From Azolla caroliniana (taxonomy: Eukaryota; Plantae; Polypodiophyta): DNA of 64,000 bases. This document shows positions 51,401-64,000 of the stretch, in pieces (the stretch's first letter is position 1; each line of letters opens with the position of its first letter). Below the pieces are notes generated by a model. That model saw only the letters and a list, made by a program, of their open reading frames with translations. It ran no database searches and was not told where the DNA came from. A program made the translations under genes and the position numbers. The stretch lies in NCBI GenBank assembly GCA_043228905.1, contig JBHGNT010000001.1:19592001-19656000 (forward strand). The letters run 5' to 3'.

Positions 51401-52342
51401 TTAGAGAAGATGGTCAAGGATTTTGTTGAGCTAATGATTGCATCCTTGTGGAGGATAGTTGTCTTTCATAGTATGGACCAAGGGTACTTGGTAGCTCAAG
51501 CTTTGAGATCTCGTTACCATGGCAATGAGAACCTTGCATGGTAAGGATTATTTATAAGTCTCATTCACTATATTGCCTCTCTTAATATTGTTCAGTCTAT
51601 TCTTAATTCGATGCAATATTTGTTATAGGATAAAAACCAATGTCAATAAAGGGCCAAAATTTTGGTTCGTAAATGCCATTGAATACATTACGGTTGGCTA
51701 CTTCGATGAAATAAAGAAACAAATAATCAAGGAGAATTCTAATGAAGTCGGAGGTTCAAATCTGTTGGTATATCCAGCAGTGACATAGAAATTGCGACAT
51801 GTCACCACGACAGAACGGGGACTTGTCAACCCATACCAGAAACCTCAACGACTTATGATTCGCTTGATCGAGATGTTTTCTGTAGAAGGAGATTGGATAT
51901 TAGATCTCTTTTCTAGCACAGGTATTCCTCGAACTAGGTTAACGATCTTTTTTGTTTGAAAACAATTCTTCGTGTTGCTTTCTTCATAGGGACAACGTCT
52001 ACATGTGCATTGAAGCTCTTTAGAAATACAATTGCATTAGAGAAGGACAAGGAGCAAGTTATATTTATAAACATGAGGATTATGGCTTTATGGGAGTGCC
52101 CAAACTAGGACGATGAGGCCGGTGCAAAGAACCTTGCTGATACCAAAAGGTTTCAACCTGCTTCATGAGAGCCTATTCCTCCGTTAGCCGGGGAAATGGG
52201 GTTGCAAATAGAGCTTGATGATGAGCTTATAGAAGATATTACGTTGGCTCGGCTAACAGGGGAAGACAATGCAAGTATAACCGAAGAGACTTCTATAAGA
52301 GATGAAGAAGAAAATGACATTGACGATTTGATTGCTATGTAA
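48467..52342 (+). pseudogene. ParB-like domain + beta-class N4-C/N6-A DNA methyltransferase (copy B, 6 exons)
   Basis: Exons 48467-48513 (inferred), 49160-50785, 50862-51000, 51083-51540, 51629-51921, 51990-52342; GT-AG and phase-compatible. Motifs ICGDVIDMI..GDIPYG, WIK..NAIE, NPYQKP.RLM.RLIEMFS.EGDWILDLFSSTG|TT, RN.IALEKD. Stops and frameshifts present. Confidence 0.9.
48566..48691. repeat. Three palindromes AACTCGATA-N5-TATCGAGTT at 51-bp period
   Basis: Arms start at 48567, 48618 and 48669. Arms are identical; spacers are CATGG, CGTCC and TGCCG. Confidence 0.9.
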
Positions 52343-52804
52343 TAGACGCTTTTGCTGATGAAATGTATTGTTTGGAACTTACATTACTAATACAAATTTT
52401 GGGTTCTACTTGGTGTATTCTATATGTTTCAATTTTATTTCTATATACTTGGTTTGTTGACTTATGACATTGGTTGCACCGCGTGTATTGCTGACTACCA
52501 ATATGGAGAAACATGAATTAGTTTACATTAAGGGTGATTTCGATCAAACTTTACCTTAACATAACATGCTTGTAGAATTGTTGTCATGACTATCCATGTT
52601 GCTATTTGCGATCAATTGTCGAGATTGTCATTCCGTGTCTAATATATACCAGTCCATATATTATGGATCTTTGTCTTCTATTGTTAAAACTATTATGTTT
52701 CTCTTCCATTTCTGCTTAGATTGTGTAGTGTGTTGATAATGGTTCCACTAGTGTTATCCGCATGTTTTTATACGCTTGTAGTTCCACTAGCGTTATCGTT
52801 CGGA

Positions 52805-53082
52805 GTTTGATCCCGTGTGAATCACCTAAGGAATAGATTAGATCAATTTTAAATACAAGTATTGAAAGCCTTAATAGGTTTGTTATTTCCATCACATTAT
52901 CCTAAAGTTCACTGTCTTACATTGTCCACAATTATATACATATGGTTTGATCCCATGTGAACAAACTAAGGAATAGATTAGATCAACTTTAAATACAAGT
53001 ATTAAATACCTTAATACGTTTTTTATTCCAATCACAATGTCTAAAAGTTCACTCTCCTACATTGTCCATAATTATATACATA
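52805..53082. repeat. Two imperfect ~140-bp direct repeats downstream of the methyltransferase gene
   Basis: GTTTGATCCC.TGTGAA...AAGGAATAGATTAGATCAA...ATTATATACATA occurs twice. Confidence 0.85.
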
Positions 53083-56000
53083 CGAGTATGGATCAAAGTA
53101 TAAATTATAACTCATTTTATTAGTATGGTTACAAGTACACCTCATATTTTTGTAAAACTTACCAAAATAATATAAGTCTTTAACTTAGTGTTTGCCATGT
53201 CGCACATTAGTGAGATATTGAGCCATTGTTGAACTTTATTATGCCTACATTAACTTATCAACACATCCAAACTTATTTGAATTTCTAATGTTCTCCACTC
53301 GGAGACCTATCATGTATTTTTATATTTGCAAATTCTAATCAAGTTGTGGAACATGTGATATTAGTGCATCCAATTTTTGTGGAGAGGGTATATTTCGCGC
53401 ATTCCACTTGTGAACGCGAACGTGTTTCTATCTTCTCTTTGCGGAATCATCAAAAATTAGTTGGTAAAAAGGTATCCTTCGAAGATGACAGAGTTGTCAC
53501 AAAAGGACCCACCCAACGAGCCGACTCAGAGGCTCGACAAATAGTTGAACTCGAGCAAGCCGACAATACATCAGCCAACTCGGAATTAGCAACAGGTCTG
53601 AGAGTCGAACTGAAAGACAAAGTCAAATCAACCAATGTCGGAAATGATAGAGTCAATAGAGGCAAAGTCCAACCGAACAAAACAACGGATATGACTCAAG
53701 GGATAAACAGATCTGAGTCGACAGAGTACCCAAGGGAGAACGACACGACACTGCTGAACTCCTAACATGGGGGCGGGTTATCTAACAAGACTCCTAATAT
53801 AACTAGTTCAACAAATGCTGATCGACCAATAAAGTCGATCGAAGGATCCGAACCAGTCATTTCGGCACCCAACTCGAAGGCCGACTAAGATTTATCAACC
53901 GGGCCTCGACTATGTCAATTACACCGATGTAGGCGAACCAAGCACATATGAAGAAGTTATGGCCACACTGGACGCCGACACATGGCTACAAGCCATGAAA
54001 TCCGAAATGGACTCAATTCACAAGAATCAAACATGGGAGCCGGTCGAACTACCAGTTGGAAGAAAGCCGCTACCTTGCAAATGGGCTTTCCAATACAAAT
54101 ATGTATCCGACTCAGAGAAAACCAAGTACAAAGCTCGGCTTGTCCCGAAAGGGTTCAAAAAAGAATATGGGGTTGACTACGACGAGATAGTCTCACCATT
54201 AGTCAAGATGACCACCCTCCAACTCTTACTAGGAGTTGTGGTGACAAAAGATCTAGAGCTTGAGCGAATGGACGTAAAGATGACATTCTTACACAAAGAT
54301 CTGGAAGAAGACATTTACATGTCTCAATCGGCAAGCTTCATGGTGACGGGGACGACAACCACCTCCTATGTCAACTGAAAAAGAAGTCTCTATGGCTTGA
54401 AACAATAGACAAGGAGAGAGAGCTTAATGGAAAGTTGCCCTACGCATCGGCCATAGGAAGTATCATGTACGCAATGGTGGCGGCCCGACCTGACCTAGCC
54501 TATGTCGTAGGGGTGGTCAGGCAGTAAATGTTGAATCTAGGACGGAAGCATTGGGAGGCCGTCAAGCACATCTTCAGGTACCTGAGAGGGACCGAAGATA
54601 CACAACTCACTTTCGATTTGACAACCTCAACTGAAGTCGAAGGCTACACTAACTCCGACTATGCCGGAAATATGGACAATCGGAGGTTGACATCAAGTTA
54701 CATCTTCACCTATGGTGGTGGTGCGATATCATGGAGGTCGAAACTTCAAGAGTCCACGGCCCTGTAAACCATAGAGGCCGAGTACATAGTAGGATCAGAG
54801 GCAATGAAGGAAGTGATCAGCCTGTACTGATTGTCTGCGATTTTTCAGATACAGGCCGAATCGACGGACCAATGCCGACCATGTATTGCGACTCACAGAG
54901 CGCAATACACCTCATCAACAATATTGTCTATCACACAAAGACAAAGCATATTGAGGTGCGGTGTCGTGAAGATTTTCGGCAATAGTGTGAAAATCCCATA
55001 AAACGTACAAAATCGAGTATGAATCACATAATACAATAATTGTGAAGATAACATTTTAAATAAATTTAATATCTAAGTACAAAATGATGGAGGTTTCGAA
55101 TGCACTTTATTACACGAGAAACGGACAACTAAATGTCAAGATATGAGGGTATAAAGTTTGCGAAAGGAAAAGACAAAATTGTGAGATATCCCACATAGGC
55201 ACGACAAATACGGCTCTCATCATATATAAGGTAGAGCAAAAGATATTATCTTTGTGTCTATGTGTGGAGCATAGAGAGTTCAAGGTAACTTGAACTAAGA
55301 GTGGAGGTGGGCTAGCTACTCGTAAAGGGTTTTGGCCAACCAAAACCGGACCGACAATGGAGCCGGTGATCCGACGGCATCCGACGACGGCGAGGCGGCG
55401 GTATCCGGCGAGGCACTGGTAACCGACGGCATCCGGCGAACCGGCGTCCAGTGACTAGATAAATAAATATAAAATATATATACATATATACATATACAAG
55501 GAGGGCATTTAAGGATTCGAACATTGCACCTTTGAGTTAGGAGTCAATTGGCTTACCATTAAGCCATGCCATTTAGTTGAATTTATATTTCTATCATTAT
55601 ACTTTGACATGTAAATTCTCATACATGAGAGCTAAAATGAGTGACATGGTTATCATGCACCACATGTAATATATAAGCGCCAAATGGCAAACATGCATTT
55701 TATGCATGTCTTGTACCCTTACATGCATCATATTCATGAGAGCATCTATAAAAGAAGGAAGGGGGAGGAGAAAAAACACGTTTTCTTTTTTGTTATGAAA
55801 TTAAGAAGAAGAAATTCGTTATCAAATTGATCGTGTAACTTGTTTCTTAAATCTAAAGATAAAAGTTCAATCAATCTCTCTCAATCGTTTAATCTCAACT
55901 TCTCTCTTTCGCAATCTATCTTAAGTACTTTCTCACTAAAGCTTGCGCCAAAGCTTGTACCGACTTTGAATCCTTCCGGTTCAGAACCCCGGCGGTTCCG

Positions 56001-56104
56001 GCTCACGATCCGCGCGTAGTGACAGATCTTCACGACATAATTAAGTGGTGAACATGATGTGAAAGAGGCGGTAGGAAGGATCAAGTCGAGATTAATACTT
56101 GGAG

Positions 56105-58303
56105 ATGGCGTCCTCAAGCAACCAAGCGGGAGAGCTCGAAAGGATGATGCTAATCGTCGAGCAAATGATGAGATCTCGGGACAACGACGCGAGCGTGGAG
56201 AAGGCTGTCGATCGTGTCGTAGAGCTCGAGGGCCAATTCGATGGAAGGAAAGTTATGAAGTTCCTTGATGCATACAGAAGGGAGATGAATCAGAGGGATG
56301 TGTCTGAGGCACATCAAATCACAAGCTTCAAGAGAGTTGTCGCCAACAACATCCAAAGACGCGTCATTGAGCTTCAAGAAGGTAAGACAACATGGTCCGA
56401 GTTCGAGAAAACGATACTAGCGGAGTTCGAGACTGAAGACTCAACGAGGATGACTCGACATGCCCTGATGAAGTGGATAGAGAAGAAGAATAAGAAGATG
56501 AGCGTCTCGAAGGTGTACGACGAATTCGACCAGATGTTTAGTCGTCTCCCCAATACGGACCAAGTGTTGCTTGAAGAGGACAAGACTTTGTACTTCTTGA
56601 AGGCCGTGGACATAAAGGATAGACGGGAGTTGGGGACTCTTCTCGAAGATGATACCCAAGCAAATGGGCTCGTAGCGGATTGGATCGCGGTGAAGCGGGT
56701 ATGCAATAGGCTCGACAAGCGTCCCCAATGGGTTGATGACACCGATTTGACAGGATCGACTACCACGGAGAAAGCAAGACCGCCGAAAGTAGCTGAGCCA
56801 CCAAGACAAAGTAACGTGGAAGAAAAGAAGATTGATGACGACATCATCGAAGAGCTAGCGAAGAAGTTCGAGAAGGTCACGCTAGCCAACATGAATCGTC
56901 GGGGCCCTAAAGGAAAAGAACCCTTTAGATGCGTGTGGTGCGATAGCATGGACCACATGAGAAGGGATTGTGCGAGCCCTCGAGAGGCGATTCAACAAAA
57001 TATCGTATACATAGAGGACAACATGATCTGCTCAAGCGAGACTAGAAGACCCCTACGGGTGAATTTCGGAAGAGGAGGAATGAAGAAATCTATGGAGGAT
57101 ACCGATGCGATTCATGTGGATGCGATGCACTATGCTGCATCGGCCGGAATAAGAGTCGGGAAAGACAAGACTGAAGCTACTAGAGCGGGAGCAAAGTTTT
57201 GGACTTCCGTTCTCGAATATGAGAAGAAGGGAAAAGTCACATCGAACAAGGTAGAGCTTGCGGACCGAAGCGTGCAAAGCATAACCGACTGGTCGGATCC
57301 GGTGGACGACAACACCATACTCGCAGAGGTGATGTGCGACAACCACGAGGTGTTCGTCGAAGAAAAGAGAAAGAGAATAGAAGAGCAAGGCCCATCAAAA
57401 AGACATGAAACAAGGAACATGAAAAAGAAGGACGATGCGGAGACGAGTTGACCTTTACAAATGGAGGAACGAGAATCAAGCCGAAAAGGGGAGCTGAGCA
57501 TACGAGTTGAAGAAACGTTTCAGCCCGTGAAGGTTGGTGTCGAAGACCCCACTCGGAGGACAAGGACTATACCTACCTATAAGCTAAAGTCGGACATAGA
57601 GCAGACGACGGACCTAAAGAAGATTCTCGAAGAACGGGTTCTTGATAGCCATGTAACTTTGTCCTTGAGAGAATTGCTGGGCATTACGAAGAAGGAGTTC
57701 CATGACACGATCGTGGACCTTGTAAAGAGAAAGAGACAACAATCGGACGAGGAAGAAGAGAAGCCGCAAAAAGCAAAAACGAATGCCATAACGATGGCAA
57801 GAGACGAAGTCGATGAAGATATGGTGGACAGCCACTATACTCGACCTCATTGGGCACGAGCGACAATGGAGACGCCGGTGAAGATCGGGGAGAAGAAAGA
57901 GACCGTGGTAGCCTTGATCGACCATGGCTCGGAGATCAACCTCATGTCAACCGACTTCTACAAAAAATGAAGATGGCCAATGAATACAAACCACGGATGG
58001 AAGATTCGCGCGGCAACAAAGTCTACGGAGGACTTGTACGGAGCTTGTCCCAATATCAAAGTCACGATCGGGGATGTGGAGATGGAACAACACTTTTTCG
58101 TACAAGAATCGGCGTCGCATCCTGTCATCCAAGGGAAACCTTATATCACATCATCTCGGATGGAGACCAAAGTGTTTGATAATGGAGTAGCCTTCGCACG
58201 AATAAAGAGTCTAGACAACCAAAGATCGGTCCAATTCCTAACGGTGCGAGGCAATCATGAAAGGAATCGAGATAGTCTCGGAGGCGAATCCTCGGATTTT
58301 TAG
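56105..58303 (+). pseudogene. gag: Gypsy gag-protease
   Basis: ORFs 56099-57451 (CVWCDSMDHMRRDC knuckle), 57461-57970 (LIDHGSEINLM) and 57980-58303 lie in one frame, broken by two TGA stops. Confidence 0.88.
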
Positions 58304-58368
58304 AGCGGACTATTGAAGCATGGGGCACAAATAGTCTGAGCAATCACAAGACCCCACAAGAAAGAAGA

Positions 58369-61300
58369 GTGCGTGGATTGCGAGGAGAAGCAACATGTGT
58401 CACACCTAGTGGCGCATGTAAACTAGTACTACCCGACAAGAAGCACAAGCGCCGGATACAAGAATTCGAGAAGATGTTGAAAGAAGAAAACATAATAGAA
58501 GAAGGAGAGTTTGTGACTCATATTATGGAAGAAGCTTTATTTAACGACACCATCGGCGAAATTGAGGACGTCGTGGACTTGAGCTATCTTCACAACCAAC
58601 GCGTGATTTCGGTTAACTCCGTCAACATGTACGTTATCATCGATGAATACCGTCGTGGCATCTCGATGAAGGAAGCTGACATCAACACGAAATATAAAAC
58701 GGTGGATAAGAAGATCAAGCCAGTTGCGGTTCCGCTACCGAAAGATAGCTGGCAAAAGATGAAGGAAGTCGCTAACGATCCAAGCTTGAGAGATCCGAAG
58801 AAGATAGTTCATGTCTTCACCAAAGAGACGAAGGGGAAGCTACGAGTTGGAAAGGAGGATTTCCTTCTCCCTGAAGAGGAGCGAATGTTTCGCGATATGC
58901 TTGAGAGACATGGGAAGGCTTTCGCATTCTTCCCACGAGAAGTCGGATGTGCCGACCCAAAGGTTATAGAGCCGATGGTGATCTTCACGGTGCCTCATGT
59001 GCCTTGGAATTTGAAACCGATACCGGTTCCGAGAGCACACCTTCCGAAGCTGATCGAGCTCTTAAAGGAGAAGGTGAGTATGGGAATTCTAGAACCGTCG
59101 AATGCTCCTTATTCCAATAGGTGGTTCATGGTGCCGAAGAAGAATGGATCATTGCGATTCATCCAAGATCTTCAACCCGTCAACAAGGTGACAATTCGAA
59201 ATGCCGGAATCGGTCCGAGCGTGGACGAATTTGCCGAAGTGTTTGCGGGCCGGTCCATCTACTCCATTGGCGATCTCGTAACTCCGGATATGACCAATTC
59301 CAATTGGCGATCGATAGTCGGAACATTACAACCATGAGGACTCCGATCGGGCTTGTGCGGATGTGTACCTTACCCCAAGGCGCAACGAACTCGGTGGCTC
59401 ATATGGTGAATGCCATGAATAAAGTCTTGAAGGATTGCATCCCGGACATCACGATGCCATTCTTAGATGATATTCCGATAAAAGGATGTTCGGATGAGGA
59501 GAAAGATGAATCGAAAGATAAGGAAGGTTGTAGAAATTTCGTTGCGGATCATATGAAAGATTGCGAGAAGGTGCTTCAAAGGCTCAAATATGCGAATTTG
59601 ACATTTTCGGGAGAAAAATCCGCATTCGAGCAACCAGAGATCTTGGTGGTAGGTCACTTGTGTGGAGCATACGGCCGGAAGCCCTCGCCATCCAAAGTGA
59701 ACGCAATCCAAGACATGAAAGAAGAATGCGAAAACCAAACGGAGGTTCGAAGGTTCCTTGGAGCGTGCGCGTTTTATCATATATGGATTCCTCACTACGC
59801 TCATGTCGCCGAACCATTATATGGACTACTAAAGAAAAGAATGAAGTTTGAATGGCGAGATGAGCACACAAATGCGATGTGAAGATTAAAGAAACTGCTT
59901 CTTCAAGCTCCGGCACTAAGGAAGGCCGACTATGCCGAAGGGAAACCAATTTACGTGACCGTAGATACGAGCCCAACCGGAATCGGATGGGTCATCAATC
60001 AAGAAGGTGAAGATAATGCGCGATATGCCGTTCGGTTCGAAGCAAAGGTTCTCAGCGAACGGCAACAAAGATATGCCCAAGTCAAGCGGGAACTTTGGGG
60101 TATTGTGTCGGCAGTGAAGACGAACAAAGATTACCTGATCAGATCAGAAGTGATAATAGAGACAGATTGTCTCCCAATTCTCGGAATGGTCTCGGGATGT
60201 GCGACCCCAGATCTTGCTATGCTAAGGTGGATCGCCTACATCAAGTCTTTAAACCCAGAGATCCGTCACATTGCAGGGAAGAAGAACGCCATGGCTGACA
60301 TGCTGTCAAGGGCAAGATTTTCAAATGGAAGTAACATGGTTTCGGAAGATGAAGATGTCGCCCTCGACTTCTTCAAGATGGCTCGATTGTCGGCGGAAGA
60401 CCAGGACACACAAACCCTCCACGCCTTCAACGAGAACGAGTACGAAGGAGAGTGGTTACTCATCGGTAGATTCCTAAGAACATTGACGATAGATGCTTCG
60501 TTGACAAAGAAGGAGGCCCTACGAATTCGAAAGAAAGCTTACCGATACTTCTTGAAGGGAGGATTCCTTTGGCGACATCCAAAAAGAAGGACAGGAATAC
60601 CACGTCGAGTGGTGGTAAAGAAAGAAGAGCAAGAGACGCTGATGACCGAATTCCACAAGAGTGCTTGGGCAGGTCATAGAGGAACATGGGCGACGTTCGA
60701 AAAGTTGAAGGAGAAGTATTGGTGGCAAAGCATGTACAAAGATGTACTCCATTTCGTGTCCACATGCGAAACTTGCCAAATATATTCAAATATACGTCAT
60801 CGTGATGAGTTACAGCCGACATACCCACTCACCATACACTTCAAATGGATGGTGGATCTGGTCTCGATGCCAATGGGAGTGGGACAAATGAAGTACTTAG
60901 CGTTGGCAAGGGAAGACTTGACAAATCAAGTGGAAGGACGTGCCTTGACAAATAAGATGACTTCAGCCGTTTGCAAATTTCTTCTTGAAGAGGTTGTTTG
61001 CCGATATGGATGTGTAGGGAAGATAGTGGCCAACCAAGGGGAGTTGGACGCGCACGAAGCGACGGAGCTCTTCGAAAGACTAGGCGTGAAGCTCTCCCTC
61101 ACGACTGCCTACAATCCGGAAGCGAATGGGAAGATTGAGCGAGGGCATGGACCTATCGTTAAAGCCATCGTATGGGCATGCAACGGTCGAGTCGGGAATT
61201 GGCCACGACTATTAACCTATGCCTTGTGGGCCGATAGAACGACACATAGCTCGGTGACAGGGTATATGCCGACAGAGCTTATGTATGGACAAAAGCCGAT

Positions 61301-61790
61301 TATGCCCATCGAAAGGACGATCGCCTCATGGGTAGCGATACCATGGGAGAACGAGATGAGCCGAGAAGATTTATTAGCGGCGCGGATAAGGCAACTTGAA
61401 AGAAGACTTGAAGATTTAGAAAAAGCGCGAAAGATGATGGAGGTAACCCGAGTAAAGAACAAAGTTCGGTTCGACAACACGCATCGACTTTGTCCCAAGA
61501 AGATTGAAGAAGGGGATTGGGTTTTGGTTTACGACATCACCCTTGACAATCAACACAGTACAACAAGGAAGTTCGCAAGAAGATGGTTCAGGCCGTATGT
61601 GGTGACAAGTGCCAACGATAATGCCACATACCACCTTGCGGAACTAGACGGATCAAGGTTGGCCGTACCCATTGGGGGAAAAAGAGTAAAGCTTTTCAAG
61701 AAAAGACAAGACAAGGATCCTAACCTCGATTACCTCGACGATGAACATAATAGGCCAGATGAAAATGAAGACATGGAGGAATCTAATTGA
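58369..61790 (+). pseudogene. pol: Gypsy pol (RT, RNase H, integrase)
   Basis: LRFIQDLQPVN, LPQGATNS, FLDD, TVDTS, H..GH..C..C zinc finger, YNPEANGKIERGH. Frameshift at ~59280 and stop at 59880. Confidence 0.92.
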
Positions 61791-61969
61791 TCATCGTAGC
61801 CGAAATCTCACTTTCTCTCTTCTTGGCACGTACCGGAGGACGTGCGGTTTGGTGGGGGTGGATGTCGTGAAGATTTTCGGCAATAGTGTGAAAATCCTAT
61901 AAAACGTACAAAATCGAGTATGAATCACATAATACAATAATTGTGAATATAACATTTTAAATAAATTTA

Positions 61970-62090
61970 ATATCTTGACATTTAGTTGTCCGTTTCTCGT
62001 GTAATAAAGTGCATTCAAAACAGTACAAAATGATGGAGGTTTCGAATGCACTTTATTACACGAGAAACGGACAACTAAATGTCAAGATAT
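61970..62090. repeat. Perfect 47-bp inverted repeat (hairpin) in the 3' LTR
   Basis: 61970-62016 is the reverse complement of 62044-62090. Confidence 0.92.
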
Positions 62091-63597
62091 GAGGGTATAA
62101 AGTTTGCGAAAGGAAAAGACAAAATTGTGAGATATCCCACATAGGCACGACAAATACGGCTCTCATCATATATAAGGTAGAGCAAAAGATATTATCTTTG
62201 TGTCTATATGGAGCATAGAGAGGTCAAGGTAACTTGAACTAAGAGTGGAGGTGGGCTAGCTACTTCTAAAGGGTTTTGGCCAACCAAAACCGAACCGACG
62301 ATGCAGCCGGTGATCCGGCGGCATCCGGCGAACCGGTGTCCGGTGACTAGATAAATAAATATATAAATATATATACATATGTACATATACAAGGAGGGCA
62401 AGTAAGGATTCGAACATTGCACCTTTGAGTTAGGAGTCAATTGGCTTACCATTAAGCCATGCCATTTAGTTGAATTTATATTTCTATCATTATACTTTTA
62501 CATGTAAATTCTCATACATGAGAGCTAAAATGAGTGACATGGTTATCATGCACCACATGTAATACATAAGCGCCAAATGGCAAACATGCATTTTATGCAT
62601 GTCTTGTACCCTCACATGCATCATATGCATGAGAGCATCTATAAAAGAAGGAAGGGGGAGGAGAAAAAACGCGTTCTTTTTTTGTTATAAAATTAAGAAG
62701 AAGAAATTCGTTATCAAATTGATCGTGTAACTTGTTTCTTAAATCTAAAGATAAAAGTTCAATCAATCTCTCTCAATCGTTTAATCTCAACTTCTCTCTT
62801 TCCCAATCTATCTTAAGTACTTTCTCGCTAAAGCTTGCGCCAAAGCTTGTACCGACTTTGAATCCTTCCGATCCAAAACCCCGGTGGTTCCGCCTCACAA
62901 TCCGCTCGTAGTGACGGATCTTCACGACAGCGGTATCATCACATCCAAGAGCTCATAACCGAGAAAAAGCTCGAAGTCTGAAAGATCGACACCAAGGTGA
63001 ACATCGCCCATTGCCTAACGAAGCCACTGCTAGATCAACGATTCGGAGCACTAAGGACAAAGATGGGACTACGACAAGCGACTGAGGAGAAGAAGGTCGA
63101 ACGAGGAGCAGAAGGTAAGTCGAAACGATCGACTCAGACAAGTTGATCTGATTGACTAGCCGAACTAGCCTAGACATTGAACATATCTCTACCAACTCAG
63201 GCACATGTTGATTGACTTGTAAATATAAATTTAGATTAATTAGTAATCTAGGTTTACAGGAGAGATAATCTCAAACACTTGTACATGTAGGAAAGAGCAG
63301 TCCTTTTACGGGGGATTTTGTTGGCATAAAAATGCCGACTCCTTCCACTTTGTATCCTAGTGTGAACTCGTCCAAAGAGTTAGGGTTTAGTATATAAACG
63401 ATAACCTAACGTTGTAAAGAGTGCGGCTTGATCATTCTTGTATAGTGCGTCTCTGAGAGAGAGAGAGAGAGAGAATAGAATAACAAAGCTTCCATTAAAG
63501 CTTCGAACGTATACATTCTCTGTTTATCTTCTTGCCTCCCTTCTGTGTTGTTTATTGAGCACATACAACAGATCCTCACACATACATTTCCGCACAT

Positions 63598-64000
63598 TTG
63601 ATGTTCAGTAGGGAAGAATCAAAAATAAAAAATCATCCACATTCACTCAAATCCTAAATCAAGTTTGGAGGAAGTTTGCAGACATTTAAATAAAAAATGT
63701 GAGTTGGTGCAAAATTCCAACACTAAATCTGAAATTTTCAGTAGTAATCAGAAATCAACCGCTTTAAAATCCAGAAACCCTAATAAGAAATCAACCACTT
63801 AAGGAAATCAAGACCCCTAATCTGAAATAAGTATGAAATCAACCCTAATCATAATTGGTAGGGAAGAATAAAAAAAAAAATCAGCCACATTCACCCAAAT
63901 CCTAAATCAAGTTTGGGGGAAGTTTGCAAACACACAACCATTGGATCAGAAATGTGAATTGGTGCAAAATTCCAACACTAAATCTGAAATTTTCAACAGT
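63598..64000. repeat. Repetitive intron-like sequence of the RING gene unit, resuming after the copia nest
   Basis: TTGGTGCAAAATT, AATCTGAAATTT, CAGAAATCAACC and AAACCCTAAT motifs as in 3190-3500. ~250-bp duplication (63608, 63858). Confidence 0.6.

Larger units (their letters stand above)
43905..53426. mobile_element. Sola1-like TIR transposon carrying ParB-methyltransferase (copy B, ~9.5 kb)
   Basis: 25-bp TIRs AACAC(A/G)TTCGCGTTCACAAGTGGAA and exact TSD TCTA (43901-43904, 53427-53430). Removing the element restores the copia frame FFNEDSIFS. Confidence 0.95.
54962..62929 (+). mobile_element. Near full-length Ty3/gypsy element (non-chromovirus, Phygy-like)
   Basis: LTRs 54962-56037 and 61863-62929 (TGTCGTGAAGAT...ATCTTCACGACA). 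Exact 4-bp TSD GCGG. PPT GGTGGGGGTGGA. Domain order gag-PR-RT-RH-INT. Confidence 0.96.
38252..63597 (+). mobile_element. Outer Ty1/copia element hosting three nested insertions; 5' LTR missing
   Basis: Gag EIRKFNGKTFALWK at 38255, protease WLLDSSA. CEHCQYG|KQ split by the inner copia, FNEDS|IF split by transposon B, HIEVR|YHHIQE split by the gypsy. Probable PPT and 3' LTR at 63319-63597. Confidence 0.85.

Noticed and set aside
48467-52342. C5-cytosine methyltransferase or a currently functional gene
   Set aside because: No PC/ENV motifs, and the motif order is beta-class amino-MTase. This copy has stops, frameshifts and FSSTG in motif I.
56150-61634. Minus-strand ORFs over gypsy gag/pol
   Set aside because: Antisense shadows of the coding frames with no independent motifs.
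62397-62463. Functional tRNA-Arg(CCT) gene
   Set aside because: The anticodon, T and acceptor stems are imperfect and it is part of an LTR; reported only as tRNA-like.

Overview
Plant-type heterochromatin made almost entirely of nested, mostly decayed transposons; no intact host gene, rRNA, true tRNA or CRISPR array is supportable. The LTR families suggest a moss/bryophyte (inference). The main result is two diverged copies of a TIR DNA transposon: A (27161-33527, TSD TCTT, internally deleted) and B (43905-53426, TSD TCTA, essentially full length). Each carries a Sola1-like DDE transposase and, divergently oriented, an intron-containing gene for a ParB/Spo0J-like domain fused to a prokaryote-type beta-class N4-C/N6-A DNA methyltransferase. 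Copy B has three palindromes (AACTCGATA-N5-TATCGAGTT) at exact 51-bp spacing in the inferred first intron of that gene. A second large cargo unit also occurs twice (about 1-3990 and 26663-64000, interrupted). It has transposase-like fragments, a RING-H2 gene, an FCP1/HAD-like gene and arrays of the palindrome TAGCTAATTAGCTA. The rest is Ty1/copia and Ty3/gypsy elements and solo LTRs, a truncated hAT and an RTE-like LINE fragment. All family calls come from motif recognition by eye; no database search was run.
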